This document shows, piece after piece, positions 52,948-64,000 of a stretch of 64,000 nucleotides of DNA. Positions within the stretch are counted from its first letter, which is position 1, and each line of letters begins with the position of its first letter. The DNA is from the human T2T-CHM13v2.0 reference genome, Homo sapiens: assembly GCF_009914755.1 (NCBI RefSeq), contig NC_060947.1; one strand, 5' to 3'. The notes under the pieces were generated by a model. It was not told the DNA's origin. It was given only the letters and a program-made list of their open reading frames with translations, and did no database searches. The position numbers and the translations under genes were made by a program.

Positions 52948-52998
52948 TCTCTCTCTCTTTCTCTCTCTCTCCCCCCTACTTTGCTTATGTGTTTGTAT

Positions 52999-53036
<38 letters not shown>

Positions 53037-53046
53037 ATGAGAGAGA
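52948..53046. repeat. (TC)n and (GA)n(GACA)n simple repeats
   Basis: Directly visible. Confidence 0.9.
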
Positions 53047-53246
53047 AAGAAAGTGACATATAAACTGGATTAATTGAATGGGTACCAGACAGTCTTCTGG
53101 ACTCTATGGTATTCAGATGAATGTGAAATGGGTCAGTAGGGCAGTAGGCACACAGATAAAGAACAACTCATACTGCTTGGGAAAACCAAGAACAGTTTCA
53201 TAGAAAAGGTAACAATGGAATTGGTCATTGACAAATGAGTAGGGAT

Positions 53247-53785
53247 CACCACACTGCTTTCTACTATCGCTGAATTAATTTACACTCCCACTAACAGTGT
53301 ATAAGGATTCCTTTGCCTCTGCAACCTCACCACTATCTGTTATTTTTGACTTTTTAAATAGCCATTCTGACTGATGTGAGATGATATCTCATTGTGGTTT
53401 TGATTTGTGTTTCTGTAATGATAAGTGATGTTGAGCTGTTTTTTTCATAGGTTTATTAGCTGAATGTATGTCTTCTTTTGAAAAGTGTCTATTCATGGAG
53501 CTGGAGGCCATTATCCTTAATAAACCAACTCAGGAACAGAAAACCAATTACTACATGTACTCACTTATAAGTGGGAGGTAAATGATGAGAACACCGGACA
53601 CAAAGAGAGGAACAACAGATCCTGGGGCCTACGGGAAGGTGCAGGGTTGGAGTAGGGAGAGGATCAGAAAAAAATAACTAATGGGTACTAGGCTTAATAT
53701 TTGGGTGATGAAATAATCTGTATCAAAAAAACTTTAATATGAGTTTACCATATACCCCTGAACTTAAAATAAAAGTTAAAAAAGA
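53247..53785 (+). mobile_element. Short L1PA13/14-like element with 5' inversion
   Basis: Antisense ORF2 53247-53497 joined through CATG to sense ORF2 end/3' UTR; degenerate TSD ATGAGTAGGGAT / ATAAGTAGGAAT. Confidence 0.85.
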
Positions 53786-55259
53786 AGGATAAGTAGGAAT
53801 TCTTTAGGAAGATGAGAAGAAAGAATTTCACATCAAAGAAAGTAGTATTAACATTAGAAAGATTGCAATAAAAAGCATGGTTTGTTTTCGGGGGCGGTGT
53901 AACCTGCTGTGTTGGAAATACACATTTTATCTTCATAGTGGAAGAAAAAAATATTTTTTAGATTTGGGAAGTCCCGACAATATTTGGGTCACAATGTCAT
54001 GAATTAGTTGAACTATCATGTTTCATCATAGCAGCATAGAAGGGAAGGATGCAAAGAGAAGAGGTATGTAAGAGAAACTGGGTGACTGGACAGAGAACAG
54101 ACATAAAGATGTGCAGTAAATAAGCCATCTGACTGAGATTGACAAAGAAGCTTGAAAAAATGGATAATATGGGAGACAGACATTTGACAACTGAAAGGAG
54201 ACGGAAATTGAGAGGAATTTCCTGTTGTATTGCTAATTGTGCTACGTCTATGTTGTAAAACCTATCTACTAATGAGCAAGTTTCTCTACCTAAGACCAAA
54301 CAATAGAGCCGACCCTATAAAAATTTGTGAAAACAGCCTCTCACTTCCCTTTTAGTATCTTATTCCTACCTTGTGTTATCAACTGCAGCCTCTTCATGAA
54401 TATATACCATCCTATGCTTCCATGTATCACAGGTTCTTATGCTATTGTTTTGTTACCTTAAGAGCCTCACAACGGTGTTATGTTCAAGCTCGTTGTGCCT
54501 GGGCAGGAACACATATCTCTGCCTAATTTCACTCAATATTCCTTGTTCTGTGTTCCAGATCTTATCAGATCTACTTTCCAATGCTTATCAATTCTTCCAC
54601 TTCTTTCTGTCCAAAGCACAATTATCTTAGTTTGGTCTTCCATCGTTCAATGGTTCTCTATTGCTTATAGTATAAAATTTAAATTGTAATGATAAGGGTA
54701 TAAAATAAGTTAATAGCATTTCTAAAAGTACGTTAACTGTGCTTTATGGTTTGCTTACACTTTAAAAGAATCATCCAGGTTAAATCAGCAAGTTATGTAA
54801 TACATGAGTAAGAATGATATTGGTCATATCAAATGTTTATAGAAGAGGAAGGTTGGATGTAATATTTTATAAAGTTAAACATCATGTATAATACAGTTAC
54901 AAGAACTTGTCTCATTGATGTAATGTTTTGCAAAAATATGTTCTTTAAAAATAATACCATTACAATGCTAAATTTGCACATATACTTGTGCTCTTTCTTA
55001 ACTCTTAGTAGCAAGACTACTTTTTATGAAGTTTTATGCAATCTCACTGGTAATAATATTATAAATCTGGACAAACTTGAATAGGTTTTTACATTTATTT
55101 TTCCATCGTTTTTTGCAGAAGGCCTTATCTTTGATTACAAATTATTTAGACTGTACCATCAGGGAAATATATGTAATCTCCTAAAACATTGTAAGATTTT
55201 CTTTTTGTTTTAGACTTGATTAAGCCTACTTTTAATTTAAACTTTTGAAATGTCCTTTC

Positions 55260-55440
55260 GTGTGACTTTGGACAAGTCTCTTAAACCATATGTGCATCAG
55301 TGTTTCCATCTATAAAGTGATAATATAAGCCATAATAATGTTTCTGATAAGGTTGTTATGAGGAATTAATAAAATAATGTATGTGAAATATTTAGCATAT
55401 TTCTTATCACATGGAGAGTTTAGTTGAATATTAGCTGTCA
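55260..55440 (+). mobile_element. MIR
   Basis: TGTGACTTTGGACAAGTCTCTTAA...CATCAGTGTTTCCATCTATAAAGTG...GGTTGTTATGAGGAATTAA. Confidence 0.8.
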
Positions 55441-55636
55441 ATATCATAATTATTGTGATTATTCTATACTTTCTAAGAAGAGGCCATTACAAATTATTTT
55501 GGTATTCATTAACTTATTTCTGTTTTTTGTTTACCAACTCTATCATCAATGATATAAAATAATAATGATATTTAGGGTTTTCATTATAACCGGTATTACT
55601 GGACCTTAGAGAGAACAGGAGCAAAGATGGAAAAAG

Positions 55637-55748
55637 TATATATACATATATATTCTTACATACAAGACTGTGTATATTTGTATATTCTCATATATATACA
55701 TATATACCTACATATACATATATATTCTCTCTATATATATATATGTAT
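55637..55748. repeat. TA-rich low-complexity repeat
   Basis: TATATA/CATATA arrays. Confidence 0.85.
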
Positions 55749-56140
55749 GTCAGGATAGACTATAGTGCAGCAACAAACAATCCCAAAACTTGGTAATTTA
55801 AAACAACAAACGTTTACATCTCAATTATTTTACATGTTCATTAAAGGGCATGTGTTGGGGGGGTCTCTGTTCATTATACTCCCCAAGAATCTCAGCTGAC
55901 AGAGAAACCACCATGACATGTTAAACCACCATATCAAAGAGAAAAAAAGAGCTCTGTAGGATCATGAGCCTGTTACTAAATGCCTTGGTCTGAAAATGAC
56001 ACACATCTTCTGCTCAAAATCATTGGCCAAAACAATCACATGGCCCCATGCAAACATAAGAAAAACAGGAAGTGTAATATACCTTGTGTACAGAAGATGG
56101 AGAGAATGACATATTGGGCAAACAACTCCAGTGGCTATAA
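55745..56140. mobile_element. Ancient MLT1J/L-like LTR
   Basis: TCAGGATAGACTATAGTGCAGCAACAAACAATCCCAAAA...CATTGGCCAAAACAATCACATGGCCCC. Confidence 0.65.
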
Positions 56141-57592
56141 CAAGATTCAGATATATTCAAAGCTTGGTTAGATTATACTATCAAATAGAGGCCCTATTTC
56201 TGTTGAAGCCCAAGGGTTTTTCATACTTGAATTTACTATTGAGAATTAAAATAAAAACACTCTCTATTTGTTTCATGAAATTGAATAGTACACAAACCCA
56301 TCCAACAGTTTACTTAGACTCCTATGATCACTTCATGGGAAGTTTTCCCAATAATGAAGGTCCTTGCCACTCAAATGTGGGTTAAAAAATTAGACGGGCT
56401 GAATTTCTAAACTGTGACAAAGGAGAAAGAGATACACTGAACAGGACCTTGTCATTAATCGACATGAGGAACCCGTACTAATTCTCAGGTTCCTGTTCAG
56501 AGTGGCTAGGATGGTGACAAGTAGTTATTTCACTGACATAAATGCTAGAGAAGAATAGATAAGGTTTAGTAGTGTTACATTGTATGTGTACACCACATAT
56601 TTTTTGTTCATTCATCTGCCAATGAACATTTAGGTTGTTTCCACACCTTGGCTATTGTGAATAGTGCTGCAATGGACATGAGAGAGATAACATTTCTTTG
56701 AGATCTTGATTTCAATTATTTTGGATATGTATCCAAAAGTGGGTTTGCTGGATCATATAGTAGTTCTATTTTTAATTTTTTGTGTGTGAAAACACCATAC
56801 TGTTTTCAGTAGCAGGTGAACCATTTTGCATTCTCATTAACAGAGTACAGATGTTCCAGTTTCCTCACATTCACATCAAAACTTGATGTTTTAGTTTTTT
56901 GATAATGGCCATCCTAATAGATATGAAGTGATGTCTCATTGTGGTTTTCATTTGTATCTCCTTTATGATTAGCGACTTTCAGCATTTTTTCATGTCTGTT
57001 GGCCATTTGTATGTCTTCTATAGAGAAATCTCTACAGCCCATTTTAAAATTAATTTTTTCTTTTTGCTATTGAGCTTGAGGGGTTACTTATTTATTTGGG
57101 GAATGAACTCATCAAATTTATGGTTAGCAATTATTTTTTCCCATTCTGTATGCTGCTTTTTTACTGTATTGATTTTTCTCTTTGCTATGCAGAAATTTTT
57201 TAATTTGATGTAGTCCAACTCATGTATTCTTGCTTTTGTTGCCTGTGTTCTGAGGTCATATTGATGAAATCATTGTCCATTCCAATGTCGAGAAGCTTTT
57301 TTCCTATGTTTCCTTTTAGTAGTTTTATGGGTTCCAGCTGCATTTAAATCTTTAATCCATTTTGAGTTTATTTTTATATATGATGTGAAATTAGAGTCTA
57401 ATTTTATTCTTATGCATTTGGATATCTAGTCTTTCCAATACCATTTGTTAAAGACAGTATTATTGCTCCATTTTATACGCTTGGCATTCAGTCAGTGATT
57501 GTTTGGCCATACGTGGGTGAATTAATTTCAGGACACCCTATTATGTTCGATTGGTTTATATGTCTGTCTTTTGTCAGTACCATAGTGGTTTG

Positions 57593-58015
57593 TTTTCCTT
57601 TTTCTTAATTTTTAAAATAGTAGATGTGTATATTTATGGGGTACATGAGATGTTCTGATACAGGCATATAATGCATAATAATCACATCATGGAAAATGGG
57701 GTATCCATCCCTTCAAGCGTTGATCCTCTATTTTATAAACAATCCAATTAAACCATTTTAGTTATTTTAAAATGTACAATTTATTATTGACAAAAGTCGC
57801 CCTACTAGATCTTATTTATTCATTTCACCTATTTTTTTGTTTTGTTGTTCTTGTTGTTGTCATTGTACCCATTAATCATCCCCACCATTCACCCCCCCAC
57901 CCCCCAACTACCTTTCCCAGCCTCTGGTGACCATCCTTCTACTGTCTATCTTCATGGGTTTAATTGTTTTAATTTTTAGATCCCACAAATAAGTGAGAAC
58001 ATGAAATGTTTATCT
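57593..58015 (-). mobile_element. L1MA2-like 3' UTR fragment nested in the L1
   Basis: TGTATATTTATGGGGTACATGAGATG...TTTTAGATCCCACAAATAAGTGAGAACATG. Confidence 0.85.
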
Positions 58016-58767
58016 TAATTGTGGTAGCTTTTTAATATATTTTGAAATCAGAGTGTGATGCTTTCATTTTTGTTCTTTTTTTTTCAAGATTATTTAGGGT
58101 ATTTGGGGTCCTTTGTGGTTCTATAAGAATTTTAGAATTGGTTTTCATATTTCTGTAAAAAAATGGCTTTGGGATTTTGATAGGGATGACATTGAATCTG
58201 TAGATTGCTTTGGTTATTTGGACATTTTAGCAATATTAAGTCTCACACTGTCTTTCCATTTGTTTATCTCTTTTTGAATTTCTTTTAACGACGTTTTGTA
58301 GCTTTCAGTGTACAAGTATTTCACTTTCTTTAAGTTTATGTCTAAGTATTTTATTCTTTTTGATTCTATTGTAAGTTGGGTTATTTTGTTTCCTTTCATA
58401 TAGTTCAGTATGCACATTTAGACGCACAATTGATACTTTATGTCGATTTTGTATCCTGAGACTTTACTTATTTATTAGTTTTAACGAGCTTTTTTGGAGG
58501 ATATTTATGATCTTCTATATATAATATCAGGTCATCTGCAAACAGAGACCATTTTACATCTTTTTTTCCAAACCTGGTGTCTTTCATTTATTTTTCTTAC
58601 CTAATTATTCAGACTAAGACTTCTAGTGCTATGTTGAGTAAAACTGGTAAGAGTGGGCATCCTAGCTTCATTCCTGATGTTAGTAGAAAAGCTTTCAGCT
58701 TTTCACTATTGAGTATGATGTTATTAGATGTGGGATTTTCATATATGGCCACTATTATGTTAAAGGG

Positions 58768-59172
58768 TGTATTCGGTTATTTTTGTATTTCTAGAAAGAA
58801 ATACCTGATACTGGGTAATTTATTTAAAAAGATGTTTAATTGGCTCACAGTTCTCCAGGCTGTACAAGCAATGCACTGGCATCTGCTTGGTTTCCAGGGA
58901 TTTTTTACTCATGGCAGAAGGCAAAGCAGGAGCAGGAACAACACATGGCAAGAGCAGGAGAGAGAGTGAGGGAGATGACACACACTTTTAAACAGCCAGA
59001 TCTTGGGAGAACTCAGTCACTTTCATGAAGACAGCACCAAGGGGATGGCACTAAATCATTCATGAGAAATTCACTCCCATGATCCAATCACATCCCACCA
59101 GTCTCCACCTCCAAACACTGCAGATTACAATTTAACATGACATTTAGAGGGGACAACATCCAAACTACATCA
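58768..59172 (-). mobile_element. MSTB/MSTA-like MaLR solo LTR nested in the L1
   Basis: TGTATT...AATACCTGATACTGGGTAATTTAT...CCATGATCCAATCAC...CATCCAAACTACATCA. Confidence 0.88.
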
Positions 59173-62100
59173 AGAGAGTTTCTCTCTATTCTTACTTTGT
59201 AAAGAGTTTTTGTCAAGAAAAAGTGTTGCATTTCATCAGATACTTTCTGCATCTATTGAGATGAATACATATTTTTAATTTTAATTTTGTTAATGTGGTT
59301 CATCGCATTAATTGGCTTGCATATGTTGAACCAATATTACATCCCAGGAATAAATCCCACTTAGTCATGATGTATGATGCTTTTAATGTGCTGTTGAATT
59401 CAGTTTCTAATTTTTTGTTGAGGATTTGTACATCTATGTTTATCAAGGTAATTGGCTTGTAGTTTTATTTTCTTTTGTTTTCCAGCTTTGATATCAGGGT
59501 GGTAGCTCCCCTCAGAAAATGAGTTTGAAAGTGTTCCCTCCTCTTTAATTTTTGGGAAGAGTTTGAGAAAGATTAGCATTAATTCTTATTTAAATGTTTT
59601 GTAGAATTTTCCAGTGGTCATCGCTTGGGTTTTTCTTTGTTTGGAGGTCTTTGATTACCAATTCAAACTTCTTATTAGTTATACATCTGTTCAGTTTCTA
59701 TTTGTTCATTTTTCAGTCTGTGTAGCTTGTATGTTTCTAGGACGGTATCCACTTCTCTAGGTTATCTATTTCACTGGTATTTAGTTGTTCATAGTAGCTT
59801 CTTAGGATTCTTTGTATTTTTGTAGCATCAATTATAATGTCTCCTCTTTCATTTCTAATTTTACTTAAGATAATTTTCTTTTTTATCTTAGCCTAAGAGT
59901 TTGTCAATATTATTTATATTTTCAAAACCACCTCTTAGATTCATTGACTTTTTAATTGTTTTTCTATTATCTATTTAGTTTATTTCTGCTACTATTTTTA
60001 TTTTTTTTTCTGCTGCTGACTTTGGGTTTTGTTTTTCTTCATTTTCTAGTTACTTTAGTTAAAAGTCAGATTGTTTCAGATCTCTTCTCTTTTATAATGT
60101 AGGGATTTATCCCCACAAACTTTTCTCTAAAAATTGCATTTTCTGCATCCTGTAAGTTTTGGTATGTTGGGTTTTCATTTACTTGTGCCTCCATATATTT
60201 TCTAATTTCCATTTTTATTTATTCTTTGACCTATTCATTTTTTAGTAATGTGTTGTTTTATTTCAAAATATTTTGAATTATCTAGTTTTTCTTCTTCTAG
60301 TGATTTCTAGTTTCATTTAATTGTGGTCAAAAGAAATACTTGGTATGATTTTAATCTTCTCATGTTTGTAAAGACCTGTTTTGTGACCTAACATTTGATG
60401 CAGCCTGGAGAATGTTACGTGTGCACTCGATCAGAATGTATTTTCTGTTCCTTTTGGGATGCATGTGTTTTATAGGTCCATAGGTCCATTTGGTCTTTAG
60501 TGTTCTTTCAAGCCCACTGTTTCTTTGTCAATCATCTGTTTTCTGGTTCTACCTATTATTAAAATAAGGCTATGAAAGTCTCTTACTATTATTGTATTGC
60601 TGTGTATTTTTTATTTCAGTTCTGTCATTGTTGGTTATATGTATTGAGGTGCTCTGATGTTGGGAGCTTATATATTTATAATTGCTATATCTTCCTGGTG
60701 GATTGGCCTTTTTTTCATTATATAATGTTATTCCTGTCTTTTGTAACAATTTTTGACTAAAAGTCTGTTGTTTCTAATATAAGTATAGCCAACCCTGCTT
60801 TCTTTCTGTTACCTTTTTAAGGAAATATCTTTTTCCATTCATTTATTTTCAGCCTAAGTGTGTCCTTAAATATAAACTGAGTCTCTTGTAAGCAGCATGC
60901 AGCTGAATCTTTTATTAAATCATTCTTCCACTTTATGTCTATCAATTGGGTGCTTTAATTCATTGTCATTTTAACGAATTATTGATAGGGAGGAATTTAT
61001 CACTGCCACATTTTTTTGTTTGTCTTGTATTTATTTTGACCATTTTTCCTCTCTTCCTGTTTTTCTTTGTGTTTCATTGTTTCAGGTTTGTATTCATATG
61101 ATTGTTTTTGCTCTTGTTTGTGTATCTTCTATAGGACATACAAGTAATAATAATATGTATCCATTACACATTATTACTGCATATATCTATTAGAAACATG
61201 TTATTAACTCTCATAATGTGTGTGTTGGTCCATTTAATAGTGTTTTCTTTGTGGTTATCATGGGGCTTACAAAAATATCTTATAAAAGTCTATTTTAAGC
61301 TGATAACAATTTAATTGTAATTATATACAAAACTATGCAGTTTTACTTATCCCCCTATACACACGTTGTTATTGAATTCATAATTTATATGTTTATATTT
61401 GGTATCTATTAACACATTTTTAGTTATAGCTCTTTCTTAATAATTTGGTCTTGTAACTTATACTAGAATTAAAAGTGATCTACCCACCACAGTTATGACA
61501 ATACAGTATTCGATATTTAGCTATATATTAACTTTGCCAATGAACTTTATACTTTCTTATGCTATTATGTTTCTGCTTGGGATCATTTTGTTTCAAGATG
61601 AAGAACTCCTTTTAGTTTTTCTTGCAAGGCATATCTAGGGGTGACAAAACTCCCTACAAACTTAGTTTGTGTAGGAAAGTCTCTATATTTTATTTTTGAA
61701 GGAAAGTTTTTCTGGGTATAGATTCTTGATTCACAGTAGTTTTCTTTAGGACATGAATATGATATACCACTTCTGAAGCCTGCATATTTCTGCTGAGAAA
61801 TCCACTGATAGTCTTCTGAAGGTTCCCTTGTATGTGATGAGTGGCTTTTCTCTTGCTGCTTTCAAAATTCTCTGTTTGTCTTTGGATTCTGGTAAATTGA
61901 TTAAAATGTGTCTCAGATTACATTTCTTTGCCTTCATTTTATTTGGGATTCCTTAGGCTTCCTGTGTCTCAATGTCCATTTCCCTTTCCATATTTGGAAA
62001 ATTTTTAGCCATTATTTATTTGAAGACTTTCTCTGGTTCTTTCTCTCTCTCTTCTCTTTCTTTAATTCTCATAATGTGTGTGTTGGTCCATTTGATAGTG

Positions 62101-63384
62101 TCCTACAAGTTCCTTAAGCTTTATTCACTCTTTTCATTCTTCTTTTTGTTCCTCTGACTGAATAATTTTCAATGACCTGTCTTCAAGTTTGTTGATTTAA
62201 TTTTTGGTTTTGCTTGATCTAATCTGCTGTTGAACCCAGCTAGTGAGTTTCAGTTCATTTATTAAATTTTTTAGTTCCAAGATTTCTGTTTGGTAGTTCT
62301 TAATATTTTCTGTCTCTTTGTTTCATTTCTCACTTTCTTCATGTGTTGCTCTCCTGACTTCAGTAAGCATATTTATGGCAGTTATTTTGAATTATCTGTC
62401 AGGTATACTGTATATCTACATTTCTTTAGAGTCAGTTTCTGGAGATTTTTCTTGTTCCTTTGTTTGGAACATATTTATTTTTCTTCATTCTCCTTTACTC
62501 TCTGAGTTGATGTCTGTGCATTTGGACAAGAAAATCACCTTTCCGTGTCTTTACCTATTTGCATAATACAGGAGAAAACCCTCTCCAATCAGCCTGGCTA
62601 GGAATTTAAAGGCCTCTTAAACCCTGTTGCTAGTTCAACCTGCTTTTTTGTTCTTGAGTGCCCTCTGGCATCTAGATCCCATTAATGCTCTGAAGATAAG
62701 CTGAGGCCAGTTCCTCAGGAAGTCCCCAGAAATCTGAATCATTAAATGTTCTGTCCAACTCTTTCCCTTTTTTAGGAATAAGCTGGTAATTGAGGTTGTT
62801 AGCCTGTTAACTTTGTGCTGAACTTGGGGAGGAAGAGCTGTGGTCACTAGTTATGTGCTAAATCTAACCACTGTCTTTATTCTCACAGTCCTTGGGTGGC
62901 TACAGTATGCTGGGTCCTATTAGTAGTCTAAGACAAGCTACACAGAGCCAGTCATTTGAGCACCTCCCAGAAATGTTGGATATCTGTTGCGTGTTCAACT
63001 CAATCTCTCATCTTGGAGAATCTGGGAGCTGGGATTTATTGCCTCCTTGCTTTGTGTTCAGCTGAGGTGATGAGCTGGGGTGAGTGCACACCCACTTATT
63101 CAAACCACCACATTTTTCTCTGTAGCCCCCAGGGGACCAGCATATAACAGCCCCCACAGCGTTTTGAGACAGGTGAGATAGAAACCACTTCCTTAGGGAA
63201 CACCCAAAAACTGGGGATATTAAATGTGCCATCCAACTCTTTATCTCCTCAAGGAGAATTTGGGAGCTGGAGTTTATCACTTGTTTTTGTTCTAGGTTGA
63301 ACCAGGGCAATGAGCTATGGTGTGTCTTCACCCCAGTTTAAACTGCTACTTTATTCTCTGTAGCCTCCAGATACCTACTATATA

Positions 63385-63621
63385 CCTGTTGAGTATCCCT
63401 TAATCAAAATGCTTGGGGCTAGAAGTGTTTCAGGTTTTATTTATTTTCAAATTTTGGAATATTTGTTTTATACTTACCTGTTCAGCATCCCTAATTGAAA
63501 AATCTGAAATCTGAAATGCTTCCAACAAACATTTCCTTTGAATGCCTTCTTGATGCTTAAAAAGGTTTGGGTTTTGTAGCATTTCTGATTCTGGATTTTT
63601 GCATTAGGGATACTCAGCTTT
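63385..63621. mobile_element. Tigger4a (MER46A)-like MITE
   Basis: Termini C.TGTTGAGTATCCCT / AGGGATACTCAGCTT, TA on both sides, ~237 bp. Confidence 0.85.
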
Positions 63622-64000
63622 TATTAGTAGGCCCTATCAATTTTCTTAGACAACATGATAGAAGGCAGTCCCTTGGTTAGCATCCAAAAAAGTTTGAACA
63701 TTAGATCTATGGACCAAGTCCTTCGAAGAAACTAAGAGCTGGGATTTCTCCTTAATCATATGGCATTGTGCCCAGGGTGAAGGTTATGGGAAGAGGATAT
63801 CTCTGCTTCTCTTACTGATTTTACTATGGCTGGTCTGGTAAACTAGGACAGGATGTAAGAGCTTCTCAACTCATTTTTGGGTTTCTCAAAAAGAAATTGA
63901 CCTGTGAGTCACTCTTGTATTAGGGATCTTGGGAAGAAGGAGTGTCCAGGTTTCCTATTCTGCCATCTTGCTGATGTCCTTAAACACATTCTTTTAAAGG

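Larger units (their letters stand above)
56570..63980 (-). mobile_element. Near-full-length old L1 (late L1MA/L1M3-like) lacking the 3' UTR, with nested elements
   Basis: Continuous antisense ORF2; ORF1 remnant (ORF 61746-61937: RILKAAREKPLITYKG..RLSVDFSAE); 5' terminus CTATTCTGCCATCTTGCTGATGTC. Confidence 0.88.

Noticed and set aside
52948-53035. (TC)n/(GA)n complementary tracts
   Set aside because: Common microsatellite pairing with no further support for function

Overview
AT-rich primate (almost certainly human) genomic DNA dominated by interspersed repeats: L1 elements of many ages, Alus, L2, MIR, MaLR/ERVL/ERV1 solo LTRs and Tigger DNA transposons. I find no credible host protein-coding gene, RNA gene or CpG island. 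The long ORFs are L1 ORF1/ORF2 remnants or Alu/LTR-derived noise. The best-supported unusual feature is a ~1.25 kb insert (7613-8862) inside a primate L1PA7-like element. It has a 16-bp TSD, a poly(A) tail and an AATAAA 17 nt upstream of the tail, yet appears built from much older repeat fragments, which points to a retrocopied anonymous transcript or an orphan 3' transduction. Also notable: a young 5'-truncated L1HS-like insertion with ACG/A diagnostics and almost no TSD, three 5'-inverted (twin-primed) L1s, an Alu with a G-tract instead of a poly(A) tail, a fold-back (AT)n palindrome, and an old L1 with a tandem-monomer 5' UTR. Subfamily names are from recalled consensus motifs, not from a RepeatMasker/Dfam run, and boundaries of ancient repeats are approximate. 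I see no evidence of a new multi-gene system.
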